From the NCBI GenBank assembly GCA_963769885.1, contig CAVYNH010000006.1, positions 416,001-480,000 on the forward strand: DNA of 64,000 nucleotides. Reading direction: 5' to 3'. This DNA comes from Methanobacteriota archaeon. Lineage in GTDB: Archaea; Thermoplasmatota; E2; DHVEG-1. The notes under the pieces are model-generated. The model saw only the letters and a program-made list of their open reading frames with translations, had not been told where the DNA came from and ran no database searches. The translations under genes and the position numbers were made by a program. Shown here one piece after another: positions 1 to 8,552 of the stretch; positions within the stretch are counted from its first letter, which is position 1, and every line of letters starts with the position of its first letter.

Positions 1-121
1 GGATCAGATCGAAGGAAAATTTCTGTTTGTTTCTGGTCAGCAGGGTCACGGTCGTGGTCGCGGTGTTCTTGACGAGGTCTGGCTCTGAAAGGGAGATGTC
101 TTTGAAGCAGACAAAGTCCAT
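1..121 (-). CDS. Hypothetical protein, 5' part only (runs off the left edge); third gene of the PLP-enzyme/DUF1611 operon
   Basis: ATG at 121-119, 2 nt after the DUF1611 stop; open frame MDFVCFKDISLSEPDLVKNTATTTVTLLTRNKQKFSFDLI... to the window edge. Confidence 0.6.
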   Translation of the reverse strand, partial: MDFVCFKDISLSEPDLVKNTATTTVTLLTRNKQKFSFDLI

Positions 122-123
122 AG

Positions 124-1197
124 TTAGGTCACCTTCATGGTTAAGGTTTCGAGGGCGTCGACGATGCTATCTGCCTGGTCGCGGAGCGGGTCTATGACGG
201 GGACGTGGAATCGTTCATGGTAATGGGTTTTGTGGGTGTTCATCTCAGCTGGGGTGAGGTGTTCGTGGCTGAGGCCGATGCCGAGGAGGGGTTTTTCGGT
301 GATGAGCTCGGCGATGGAGACGACGCGTTGGGGGTCGGGCATAGGGTAGTCGGGGAAGCCGTCGAGGTGGGGGCGGCCCGGGGCGTCCATGAGAAAGAAG
401 CCGTGGACGCGGCCGGCGGTGAGGATTTCGAAGCCGCCGGGGAAGAAGGGGTGGACGAGGCTGCCTTGTCCTTCGATGATGATGTATTGGGGGTGGTCGT
501 CGTTCCAGGAGTCGAGAATGGCGCCTTCGATGCCGCCGCTGATGAAGTCGTTGATGAGGGCGTCGAGGACGACGCCGTGGGGCCAGCCTTGCATCCAGCC
601 GGTCTGTCCGGTGAAGATCATGTCGGCGGTGTAGCCATGGTTGCGGAGTTCGTTGACGAGGATAACGGCCATGGTGCGTTTGCCGATGGCGGAGTCGGTG
701 CCGAGGAGGGCGATGCGAGTGGCCGGGATTTTGGTGATTTCTCCGGTGTAGAAGCGTTTGTGGTCGCGGTAGATTTTGCGGATGTCTGTGATGGTGCAGT
801 GGTGTCGTTTGGCGAGGCTGACGCAGTGGGGTTTGTCGGAGATGAATTCGTGGAGGCCGGAGACGATGTTGAGTCCGTGGGTGAGGGCGGTTTCGACGGC
901 GTGTTCGTAGCCGGTGGGGAGGATGCCGCCTTCGGAGACGGCGCCGATGATGAAGGTGTCTGAGTTGGTCTGGTCGATGGCGGTTTGTAGTGAGGGGATG
1001 AGGGGGATACCGTTGGGTGTGCCGTCGAGGAGTTGCCCGGCGTCGCCGGGTGGGAGGGTGGTGTCGACGACGGCGGTGATGTCGTAGCGGCGGCAGTAGC
1101 GGATGAGGCCGTGGGCGGTTTTGCCGTCGGTGGTGGTGTAGAGCCGGTCTGCGTACACGATGGCGCGTGGTCGGTCCATGTGGTGGTTGCTCCCCAT
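124..1197 (-). CDS. DUF1611 (DgcN-like, P-loop) family protein
   Basis: GKTAHGLIRY N-terminus, NIVSGLHEF, LGTDSAIGKRT, FTGQTGWMQG, IEGQGSLVHP motifs typical of DUF1611. Confidence 0.85.
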   Translation of the reverse strand: MGSNHHMDRPRAIVYADRLYTTTDGKTAHGLIRYCRRYDITAVVDTTLPPGDAGQLLDGTPNGIPLIPSLQTAIDQTNSDTFIIGAVSEGGILPTGYEHAVETALTHGLNIVSGLHEFISDKPHCVSLAKRHHCTITDIRKIYRDHKRFYTGEITKIPATRIALLGTDSAIGKRTMAVILVNELRNHGYTADMIFTGQTGWMQGWPHGVVLDALINDFISGGIEGAILDSWNDDHPQYIIIEGQGSLVHPFFPGGFEILTAGRVHGFFLMDAPGRPHLDGFPDYPMPDPQRVVSIAELITEKPLLGIGLSHEHLTPAEMNTHKTHYHERFHVPVIDPLRDQADSIVDALETLTMKVT

Positions 1198-1234
1198 TTT
1201 TTTTGTTGGAAAAGTCCTCAGGCTTTTGTTTTTT

Positions 1235-2269
1235 TTAGCGGAATCGTCTGCCGGTGAGGACGATGACGTAGTCGGAGTTGAGGACGCGGTGTTGTTTGAA
1301 TTTGATGAGGGCTTCGATGGGGCTGGTGGAGGCGGGGAGGACGCTGAGTCCTTCGATGTCGAGGAGGAGGCGGTGGAATTTGAGCATGGTGTTGTCGCTA
1401 GCGTAGTCTGCCCAGCCGTTGGTTTGGTAGATGGCGTTGAGGGCGTGGTCGCCGTCGTAGGAGTGGTAGCTGATGAGTGGTTCGTTGATGGTGGTTTCGT
1501 GGAGGTCGTCGGGGTTGAGGTCTTCGGTTTTCGAGGCTCCGGTTTTGAAGCCGCGGACGATGGGGTTGCCGCCAGGCGTGCTGGCGCCGACGAGGTAGGG
1601 GAGGTGGTCGATCTTGCCTTGGTCGAGGAGTTGTTTGAAGCCGTGGTAGATGCCGACGAGGGTGGTGCCGTTGCCGACGGGGGTGGCGACGGCGGTGGGG
1701 CAGCGGCCGAGTTGGTGGTAGATTTCGGTGGCGATGCTCATGTAGCCGCGCCAGCCTTCGTTGCCGTTGCCTGGGTTTGCGTCGTAGTAGTGTTCGGTTT
1801 TGGCGAGGTGTCGACTGGCTTCGACGGCGTCTTCGTATTTGTCGTAGTCGGTGAGGATTTCGGCGCCGAATGAGTTGAGGGTTTCGCGGCGGTGTGGTGC
1901 CATCGTGTATTTTTCGGGGATGAGGATTTTTGCTTTGAGTCCGACGAGGTTGGCGAAGTAGGCGAGGCTGACGCCGTAGTTGCCGCAGGTGCCGACGGTG
2001 ACGGTGTCGTAGCCTTCGCGCAGTGCCTTGGTGACGTGGTATTGAGAAATACGGTCTTTTTGGGTTCCGGTTGGGTTGCTGCCTTCGAATTTCAGGTAGA
2101 TGTTGCCAAAACCCAAGAGAGACTCAAGGTTGCGTGCTTGAGTAAACAGTGTTCCCCCGACACCCTTGGCGGGTGGTGGCTCCTCGTCTTTTTGGAGGTC
2201 CGAGACATCCATTTTTAGTGAACTCCCTATGTCCTTTGCGGTCTTTGCTGCGTACCCTATATTGCTCAC
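1235..2269 (-). CDS. PLP-dependent fold-type II enzyme, threonine synthase-like (start may be ATG 2212)
   Basis: YLKFEGSNPTGTQKDR Schiff-base Lys motif, TCGNYG, PVGNGT Gly loop, VIVLTG C-terminus. Confidence 0.8.
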   Translation of the reverse strand: MSNIGYAAKTAKDIGSSLKMDVSDLQKDEEPPPAKGVGGTLFTQARNLESLLGFGNIYLKFEGSNPTGTQKDRISQYHVTKALREGYDTVTVGTCGNYGVSLAYFANLVGLKAKILIPEKYTMAPHRRETLNSFGAEILTDYDKYEDAVEASRHLAKTEHYYDANPGNGNEGWRGYMSIATEIYHQLGRCPTAVATPVGNGTTLVGIYHGFKQLLDQGKIDHLPYLVGASTPGGNPIVRGFKTGASKTEDLNPDDLHETTINEPLISYHSYDGDHALNAIYQTNGWADYASDNTMLKFHRLLLDIEGLSVLPASTSPIEALIKFKQHRVLNSDYVIVLTGRRFR

Positions 2270-2416
2270 CAGTTAAAAAAAGTTTGCAACGATGAGGCGT
2301 GATTTTTTGTTTTTTTGTGTGCGGATGATCGCGTGGTGGGTGGTTACTTGTGCATGATTTTTTTTTGGTTGGAGTGGTCGCGGGCGGTGGTGTGTGGTGA
2401 TGGGTTTCCCCCGAGG

Positions 2417-2425
2417 TTTTATATA
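2417..2425. promoter_or_regulatory. TATA box in divergent intergenic region
   Basis: TTTTATATA between the minus-strand operon and the plus-strand microprotein. Confidence 0.4.
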
Positions 2426-2489
2426 GAGCCATGGTATTGCCAGGCAGTAGGGTACTCTACAAACGTCTAACGTTGGAGCGGCAATACGT

Positions 2490-2624
2490 ATGACGCAGTA
2501 CTGTAGTGTGTGTGGCGACGAGTTGGAGCCCGAGGAAGAGCAAGAGGGGATTTGCGAGAGCTGTAAGCTGGCGCAGGTCGAGGAGCCGAGTTCGGATGAA
2601 GGCGAGGTTCAGCCGTCGCGGTAG
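2490..2624 (+). CDS. 44-aa acidic zinc-finger microprotein (not in ORF track)
   Basis: MTQYCSVCGDELEPEEEQEGICESCKLAQVEEPSSDEGEVQPSR*; two CxxC pairs; upstream TATA; downstream T-tract. Confidence 0.7.
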   Translation: MTQYCSVCGDELEPEEEQEGICESCKLAQVEEPSSDEGEVQPSR

Positions 2625-2655
2625 TCGTGGGTGTGTTCGGGTCTGGTAGCCTTCG

Positions 2656-2673
2656 GTTTTTTTGTTTTTTTTT
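2656..2673 (+). terminator. Oligo-T archaeal terminator candidate
   Basis: T-rich tract (TTTTTTTGTTTTTTTT) about 30 nt after the microprotein stop. Confidence 0.4.
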
Positions 2674-2748
2674 GTCGCTGTGATGGATATAATTAAATAG
2701 TCTTGGGGCGTTGACGGGGCCGGAGTAACCTACTAGGAGAACCGGTCT

Positions 2749-2982
2749 ATGGCTATTGGGTTTGTTTTGATCCACGTCGCACCTGCGCATGAGCATGAGG
2801 TGTACAATAAGCTGACCAAGCTGCCGCAGATCATCGAGCTGCATCCGCTGTTCGGCGAGTACGATCTCATCGCGAAGATCGAGGCGAAGGATTTTGAGGA
2901 GCTGGGGACGATCATCGTCAACCGGATCCGGTCGATCACCGGCGTGCTTGATACGAAGACGTTGACGGGGCTGACGTTCTAG
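2749..2982 (+). CDS. Stand-alone Lrp/AsnC ligand-binding (RAM) domain protein
   Basis: 77 aa; ELHPLFGEYDLIAKIE and ITGVLDTKTL pattern. Confidence 0.85.
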   Translation: MAIGFVLIHVAPAHEHEVYNKLTKLPQIIELHPLFGEYDLIAKIEAKDFEELGTIIVNRIRSITGVLDTKTLTGLTF

Positions 2983-3512
2983 TCTCTGTTTTTTTCTTTG
3001 TTGTTTTTTTGGTACATGCGGTAGGCGGTCTGTCGGTCTGGGAGGACTAGGCCGTTGTGCAGGTCGCCGGTGTACGCGGAGATGGTCGGCTGCGGGTGTC
3101 GTGAGGGGGCGTCCATTTTGAGGATGAGGAGTTGGCCGATGCGCATGCCTTCTTTGAGGGTGAAGGCGGTGTCTGAGGCGTTGAAGATCTCGAGGGTGAG
3201 GTTGCCTTCGGCGCCGGGGCTGATGAGCATGCTGCCCATGTGTGAGGTGATGCCGAAGCGGGCGAGGGTGGTGGAGCCGTCGTAGAGGCCGGCGTGGTCG
3301 TCGGGCATGGTGATGCGTTCGAGGGTGGAGCTGAGGATGAGTTTTTTGGGTTCGAGGATGTAGCTTGGTTGGGTGAGGATGTGTCCGGCGGGTTTGGCGA
3401 ACTGGTCGGAGAGGTGGAGGCGGATGGAGGCGGATTTGAGGACCGGCTTGGGGGTGATGCGCAGTTTCTTCTCTTTGAGGAGGCGCGTGATGGATTGGTC
3501 GGAGAGGAGCAT
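2979..3512 (-). CDS. dcd: dCTP deaminase
   Basis: MLLSDQSI start, STLERITMP, GSTTLARFG, ISPGAEGNLTLEIFN, GMRIGQL; somewhat divergent. Confidence 0.75.
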   Translation of the reverse strand: MLLSDQSITRLLKEKKLRITPKPVLKSASIRLHLSDQFAKPAGHILTQPSYILEPKKLILSSTLERITMPDDHAGLYDGSTTLARFGITSHMGSMLISPGAEGNLTLEIFNASDTAFTLKEGMRIGQLLILKMDAPSRHPQPTISAYTGDLHNGLVLPDRQTAYRMYQKNNKEKNRD

Positions 3513-3650
3513 GGGTATCGATGCGGGGTAGGGGTGGGGGGCTTAAAATAGCCTTCGTGGTAGATTTTTGGGTTTGCTGATTTGTGCGTTGTGCCGTTTT
3601 TCCTCACAGTGTTTTTATTGCTGGGATGACAGAAGAGGGTACTGGGAGAG

Positions 3651-4733
3651 ATGTTTTGTATGAGGGAAGCCCGTGGAGTTGTCGTATGTACGATCATAGC
3701 GGCTCTGTTTCTTGTGGGCATCTATCCTGTGGGTGCCCAGAGTCCGCCGATCGCCGATGCTGGTGGCCCCTATGTGGGGTACGAGTGCAATGTCCTGTAT
3801 TTTGATGCCTCGCGGTCGTTCGATCCGGACCATGATGCGTTGCAGTACCGGTGGGATTTCAACGGCGACGGGGTCTTTGATACGTCCTGGTCGTCGGAGC
3901 CGGACGCGTTGTATCAGTGGTTGGATGATTTCACGGGGACGTGCCAGGTCCAGGTTTCGGATGGGCAGTCGATCTCGGATGCGACTGCCGCTGTCCGGAT
4001 CATGAACGTGTATCCTGTCATCGAGTCCATCACGGGGCCGGCGTATCCCGTCGAGGTCGGCTCTGAGGTCTATATCTTCGTCTCATTTTTTGATGGGGAT
4101 GACCGCAGCGGCGTCCTCTCGGCTGATTCGTTCCAGGCGGTGTTCACGTGGAGCGATGGCACGCAGACGACGTATCAGGTGCCCAGCGGGGTCCAGACGG
4201 TCACCGGGACTCATGTCTACAGCGACCCTGGAGTGTACCCGGTCTTCGTCGAGATCACGGATGATGATAACGGCTCGTGTTCCGGTTCGTACTACTACGT
4301 GGTCGTGTTTGAGCCGAATCCGCTGCCGGGCACCGGGTTTGTGACGGGCGGCGGCTGGATCCTCTCACCGCCCGGTGCGTACCGGTTGAACCTGACGTTG
4401 ACCGGCCAGGCGAACTTCGGGTTCAACGCCAAGTATCACAAAGGCAAGCAGATCCCCTCGGGTGAGACCGAGTTCAATTTGCATGTCGCGAGCTTGAACT
4501 TCCATTCCACGGACTACGAGTGGTTGATCGTGACGGGGAACCGGGCCCGGTACAAGGGGAACGGCACCATTAACGGCGACGGCGACTATGCGTTTATGCT
4601 CACCGGAGTCGATAACGGGAACAGGGGGGACCAGTTCCGCATCAAGATCTGGGACAAGGCGATCGGCACCCTAATCTATGACAATAACCAAGACCAGATC
4701 ATCGACGGCGGGCAGATCGTGGTCCACCAGTAA
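3651..4733 (+). CDS. Secreted PKD-domain protein
   Basis: Signal peptide; PPIADAGGPY...FDASRSFDPD...YRWDFNGDG PKD repeat; second PKD (THVYSDPG); C-terminal GFVTGGGWI...FGFNAKY domain. Confidence 0.8.
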   Translation: MFCMREARGVVVCTIIAALFLVGIYPVGAQSPPIADAGGPYVGYECNVLYFDASRSFDPDHDALQYRWDFNGDGVFDTSWSSEPDALYQWLDDFTGTCQVQVSDGQSISDATAAVRIMNVYPVIESITGPAYPVEVGSEVYIFVSFFDGDDRSGVLSADSFQAVFTWSDGTQTTYQVPSGVQTVTGTHVYSDPGVYPVFVEITDDDNGSCSGSYYYVVVFEPNPLPGTGFVTGGGWILSPPGAYRLNLTLTGQANFGFNAKYHKGKQIPSGETEFNLHVASLNFHSTDYEWLIVTGNRARYKGNGTINGDGDYAFMLTGVDNGNRGDQFRIKIWDKAIGTLIYDNNQDQIIDGGQIVVHQ

Positions 4734-4869
4734 GCCAGAGGACCTTCCCCCCTCCCCTCCTTTTCTTTTCGAGTCTCTTCTCTGTTCTTCCTAATTCCCC
4801 CTAGTCCCTAAGGAGTTCCCGGCTTGATCCGCGTCAACCCCCCCGCTTCATTGTACAATAATTATTAGA

Positions 4870-4940
4870 CAGCCCCGGGCGGATTTGAACCGCCGACGTT
4901 GGCTCCAAAGGCCAAAATGTTGCCACTACACCACGGGGCT
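4870..4940 (-). tRNA. tRNA-Gln (anticodon UUG)
   Basis: AGCCCCG TG GTGT AGTGGCA ACAT T TTGGC CTTTGGA GCCAA CGTC GGCGG TTCAAAT CCGCC CGGGGCT G; full cloverleaf, A1-U72, discriminator G, no encoded CCA. Confidence 0.95.
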
Positions 4941-4968
4941 CCACGCAGCAAGGGAAAACAGCCACAGG

Positions 4969-4980
4969 ATTTTAAGGTTT
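4969..4980 (-). promoter_or_regulatory. Putative BRE/TATA for tRNA-Gln(UUG), overlapping the glnS stop codon
   Basis: Minus strand AAACCTTAAAAT about 30 nt upstream of the tRNA 5' end. Confidence 0.5.
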
Positions 4981-6654
4981 AGCACCCGCCGCGCCCTGGA
5001 TCTTCCCCCAGGTATCCCGCAGCTCCACCGACCGATTCAACACCAAACGCGTCGCAGTCGACCCCGGATCCACGCAGAAATACCCCAGCCGCTCGAACTG
5101 GAACCGGTCCAATGGCTTGCAGTGACGGACCGTCGGCTCGACCTTACAGCCATGCAGGACCTCAAGAGACCGCGGGTTCAGGAACTCCTTGAAATCCGCC
5201 CCCTTCTGATCCAGCGGGTCGCGTACCGTGAACAGCTTGTTGTAGAGCCGGACCTCCGCCTCCACCGCATGCCGGGCAGAGACCCAATGGATCGTGGACT
5301 TCACCTTGCGGCCGTCCGGGGCGTACCCACCCTTGGTCTGCGGGTCGTACGTACAGCGCAACTCCACGACCCGACCATCCTTCTTCACGACATCCTTGCA
5401 GGTGATGAAGTACGCGTACCGCAATCTGACCTCGCGGCCGGGCGCGAGCCGATAGAACTTCGGCGGCGGCTGCTCCATGAAATCCTCCTGCTCGATGAAC
5501 AGGGTCTTGGAGAACGGGATCCGTCGGGACCCCATGGACGGGTCCTCGGGGTTGTTGACCGCCTCGACCTCCTCGGTCGTCTCAGGATAGTTCTCGATCG
5601 TCACCTTCAACGGCCGCAGCACACCCATGTACCGCGGTGCCGCCCTGTTGAGGTCATCGCGGATGCAGTGCTCCAGGAACTCGTAGTCGACGATGCTGTT
5701 GAACTTCGCGACCCCGATGCGCTTGGAGAACAACCGAATCCCCGAGGGCGAGTACCCGCGCCGGCGCATCCCGGAGATCGTCGGCAGCCTCGGGTCGTCC
5801 CACCCGTTGACGTACTTCCCCTCGACGAGCTGCAGCAGCAGCCGCTTGCTCATCACCGTAAAGGTGAGGTTCAGCCGTGCGAACTCGATCTGCTGCGGAT
5901 GATACACCCCGAGCGCGTCCAGGAACCAATCGTACAGCGGCCGATGGTTCTCAAACTCCAGCGTACAGATGGAATGCGTGATCCGCTCAAGGGAATCCTC
6001 CAGCCCATGCGCCCAGTCGTACATCGGGTAGATACACCATTTATCCCCCGTGTTGTGGTGCGTCGCATGCAGGATGCGGTACATCACCGGGTCCCGCAAG
6101 TTCAGGTTCGGATGGTTCATGTCGATCTTCGCACGCAGGACCTTGGAGCCGTCCGGGAACTCCCCCGCCTTCATGCGGCGGAACAAGGAGAGGTTTTCCT
6201 CGATGGAGCGGTCGCGGAAGGGACCATTGATCCCGGGCTTGGTGAGCGTGCCGCGCAGGTCAGCGATCTGGTCTGCGGTCAAGTCGTCGACATAGGCCTT
6301 CCCTTTCTTGATGAGGTCCTCGGCGTACGCGTACATCTGGTCAAAGTAATTCGAGGCGTAGAACAGCCGGTCCTGCCAGTCGAACCCCAGCCATTTCACA
6401 TCGGTGATGATGGACTGGACGTACTCCTCCTCCTCTTTCGCGGGGTTCGTGTCATCGAACCGCAGGTTGCACTTCCCGTGGTACTCCTCGGCGATCCCGA
6501 AGTTCAGGCAGATGGACTTCGCATGGCCGATGTGCAGATAGCCGTTCGGTTCTGGGGGAAACCTGGTGTGTACGCGGCCCTGGTACTTCCCTGACTGAAG
6601 GTCCGCGTCGATGATTTCCCGGATAAAATCCCTGCTCGCTTGCTGTTCGCCCAT
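4972..6654 (-). CDS. glnS: Glutamine--tRNA ligase, bacterial type (no YqeY extension)
   Basis: [122 protein letters not shown]; 560 aa. Confidence 0.95.
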   Translation of the reverse strand: MGEQQASRDFIREIIDADLQSGKYQGRVHTRFPPEPNGYLHIGHAKSICLNFGIAEEYHGKCNLRFDDTNPAKEEEEYVQSIITDVKWLGFDWQDRLFYASNYFDQMYAYAEDLIKKGKAYVDDLTADQIADLRGTLTKPGINGPFRDRSIEENLSLFRRMKAGEFPDGSKVLRAKIDMNHPNLNLRDPVMYRILHATHHNTGDKWCIYPMYDWAHGLEDSLERITHSICTLEFENHRPLYDWFLDALGVYHPQQIEFARLNLTFTVMSKRLLLQLVEGKYVNGWDDPRLPTISGMRRRGYSPSGIRLFSKRIGVAKFNSIVDYEFLEHCIRDDLNRAAPRYMGVLRPLKVTIENYPETTEEVEAVNNPEDPSMGSRRIPFSKTLFIEQEDFMEQPPPKFYRLAPGREVRLRYAYFITCKDVVKKDGRVVELRCTYDPQTKGGYAPDGRKVKSTIHWVSARHAVEAEVRLYNKLFTVRDPLDQKGADFKEFLNPRSLEVLHGCKVEPTVRHCKPLDRFQFERLGYFCVDPGSTATRLVLNRSVELRDTWGKIQGAAGAKP

Positions 6655-6695
6655 CTGACACCGACTCCCACATCAGACTCACTAGGAGTAGACAG

Positions 6696-6767
6696 CAGCC
6701 CCGAGCGGATTCGAACCGCTGACAAGAGATCCAGAGTCTCCTATGTTAACCGCTACACCACGGGGCT
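6696..6767 (-). tRNA. tRNA-Gln (anticodon CUG)
   Basis: AGCCCCG TG GTGT AGCGGTTA ACAT A GGAGA CTCTGGA TCTCT TGTC AGCGG TTCGAAT CCGCT CGGGGCT G; cloverleaf, A1-U72, discriminator G. Confidence 0.95.
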
Positions 6768-6807
6768 TTCACGACCAATGAAACAAGGTGCAGATAAAAA
6801 AACTCAC

Positions 6808-6820
6808 TATATAACCTTTC
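6808..6820 (-). promoter_or_regulatory. BRE+TATA promoter for tRNA-Gln(CUG)-glnS
   Basis: Minus strand GAAAGGTTATATA about 40 nt upstream of the tRNA. Confidence 0.6.
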
Positions 6821-6920
6821 AGGCCACCTGATGTCTTTGGGCGTCCTGCGGGCATAATATATCGAGGTGTAAAACGACCCGTGAAAAACGGATGAAGAAG
6901 AGTAAGAGTGAGGGGCGTGG

Positions 6921-7541
6921 TTAGCTGAGGGCGAAAACGTCGTCAGGGATATCGTCGAAGGAGATGTTGGTCAGCAAAACAGTGGTGGTCATATTTGGGC
7001 CGAAGATGGCGGGGGTGGATTCGATTTTGAGGGGAAGGCCGTTGTCGTTCCAGAGCCAGGCGCGAACGGTGGTGTTGGTCACGTGTGTGCCGGTTTGGTA
7101 TTGAACGATGGTGGTTTGTTTGCCGTCGATGACGTCGGTGCCGACCTGGGTGAGGTGGGCGGTGAGCATCTGGTTGGTGCAGTTGCCGACAATGTTGGGG
7201 ATGGGTATGGGAGAGTTGTCCCAGGTGTGGGTCATGATGTTATACATGTAGGTGCCGTTTGGGGTACTGATATAAGTGGCCGTATAATTTTCGACGTATT
7301 CTTGTTGTTTCATGTAGTGAGGTTTTTGCCAGAAGTGAGAGGTGAGGGTCACGTTATTGGTGGTGCCTATGGTGTCGGTGGTGACGATGGTGGTCATGTC
7401 GTAGTTGATAGTGGTGATCTGGTTGGCCTTGCTTACGAGGGTGGTGAGGGGGTTGGCTTGGGTGTTGGTCTGGGTGCATCCAGAAAGGAGAAGGATAGCG
7501 AGGAGGAGGGCTACACCGAGGAGTGCGTGTGTGCGTGGCAT
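6921..7541 (-). CDS. Lipoprotein, LolA/DUF4412-like fold
   Basis: Lipobox-like LLLSGC; GTDVIDGKQT...AWLWNDNGLPLKIE...DIPDDVFAL pattern. Confidence 0.65.
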   Translation of the reverse strand: MPRTHALLGVALLLAILLLSGCTQTNTQANPLTTLVSKANQITTINYDMTTIVTTDTIGTTNNVTLTSHFWQKPHYMKQQEYVENYTATYISTPNGTYMYNIMTHTWDNSPIPIPNIVGNCTNQMLTAHLTQVGTDVIDGKQTTIVQYQTGTHVTNTTVRAWLWNDNGLPLKIESTPAIFGPNMTTTVLLTNISFDDIPDDVFALS

Positions 7542-7604
7542 GGTCGTGGGAATCTGGTAGCGGTTTGATTAAGGTTCCGTTCTCCTGGCAGCTCCCGTGC
7601 TTTC

Positions 7605-8552
7605 TTATGGTCTGGTGAACAGGATTCCACCGTCGGAGGTGGAAGCGGTGAGGGTGTCGGCGTTGGTGACGTAAATGGTTATCCCCCGGCGGTATGCGCT
7701 ACTGACCCAGATGATGTAGTCCGCGGGCTCCGCGGGGTGGGCGAGCACATTGGGGATCAGGATCCCGCTGATGTTTTCCCCTGATTCGAGGAGTATTTCC
7801 ACGTGGTCGCGGGTCTGGGTGATCGTCGCGTTCTCGACTTGGGTGGCGTTGCCGTCCACGTCGTAGAAGGTCGCGGTCCAGTTCCCTGCGATGACCGGGT
7901 AGGTCGCCGCAGGCTCGATCTTGAGGAGGGTGGCGGTCACGTCGTCGAGGTAGTAGGTGCGGTTGGTCTCCCAGGTGCCCCAGACGCCGATGGCGGGGTA
8001 GAGGAGACCGGTGTCGGTGGTGGTGACGAAGTCGTAGGATTTCGTGAGCCAGGTGAGGGTGCCGTTGTCTTGGCCGTTGTCGGTGGTGTCTTGGTAGGTG
8101 AGGTCGGCTTTTGTGGGGGGCTGGGTGGTGACGCCGGTGATAATGGTGAAGGCGTTTACGCCGTAGTCCATGGAGGCGAGCTGGTAGGTGACGGTGATGT
8201 AGTATTGGGTGTTGGGTTGTGCGTGGATGGCTCTCTGGATCCAGATCTTGCCGGCGTCGTTGAGGTTGTTGAGGTAGAGTTCGAGGCTGCGGTTGCCGTC
8301 GTAGGACTGGTTGCTTGTGGGGGTGATCCACCAGGTGATGGGGGGGTCGAGCAGGTCGGTGCCGTTGGCGGTCCAGTTGTCCATGGAGGTTTCGAAGGAG
8401 CTGTAGGTGGTGTTCGCGGCCGGGGGGTTCTGCACGAGGGGCTGGGTGGCTGGTCTGCTGGTGAGGATGAGGGTGACGGCGGCCGAGGTGATGGAGAAGA
8501 TGATGAGGCAGCTGGCGAGGATGGCTTTGGTGACGAGGCGCATGATGACCAA
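7605..8552 (-). CDS. Secreted/membrane-anchored hypothetical protein with carbohydrate-binding-like beta domain
   Basis: N-terminal hydrophobic helix; SFET...SYDGNRSLEL...YYLDDV pattern. Confidence 0.6.
   Translation of the reverse strand: MVIMRLVTKAILASCLIIFSITSAAVTLILTSRPATQPLVQNPPAANTTYSSFETSMDNWTANGTDLLDPPITWWITPTSNQSYDGNRSLELYLNNLNDAGKIWIQRAIHAQPNTQYYITVTYQLASMDYGVNAFTIITGVTTQPPTKADLTYQDTTDNGQDNGTLTWLTKSYDFVTTTDTGLLYPAIGVWGTWETNRTYYLDDVTATLLKIEPAATYPVIAGNWTATFYDVDGNATQVENATITQTRDHVEILLESGENISGILIPNVLAHPAEPADYIIWVSSAYRRGITIYVTNADTLTASTSDGGILFTRP

Noticed and set aside
205-1873. Long antisense ORFs rich in E/D/V/G (also 22213-23103, 23528-24781, 28540-29640, 29987-31096, 49307-50362 and others)
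   Set aside because: Shadows of real genes on the opposite strand; strong C/A third-position bias removes antisense stops; no recognisable motifs.
4885-6594. 569-aa plus-strand ORF opposite glnS
   Set aside because: Antisense shadow of glnS that also overlaps a tRNA; no motifs.
4870-6767. Interpretation as an integrated mobile element bounded by tRNA att repeats
   Set aside because: Both tRNAs are complete with different anticodons, and no integrase or other cargo lies between them.
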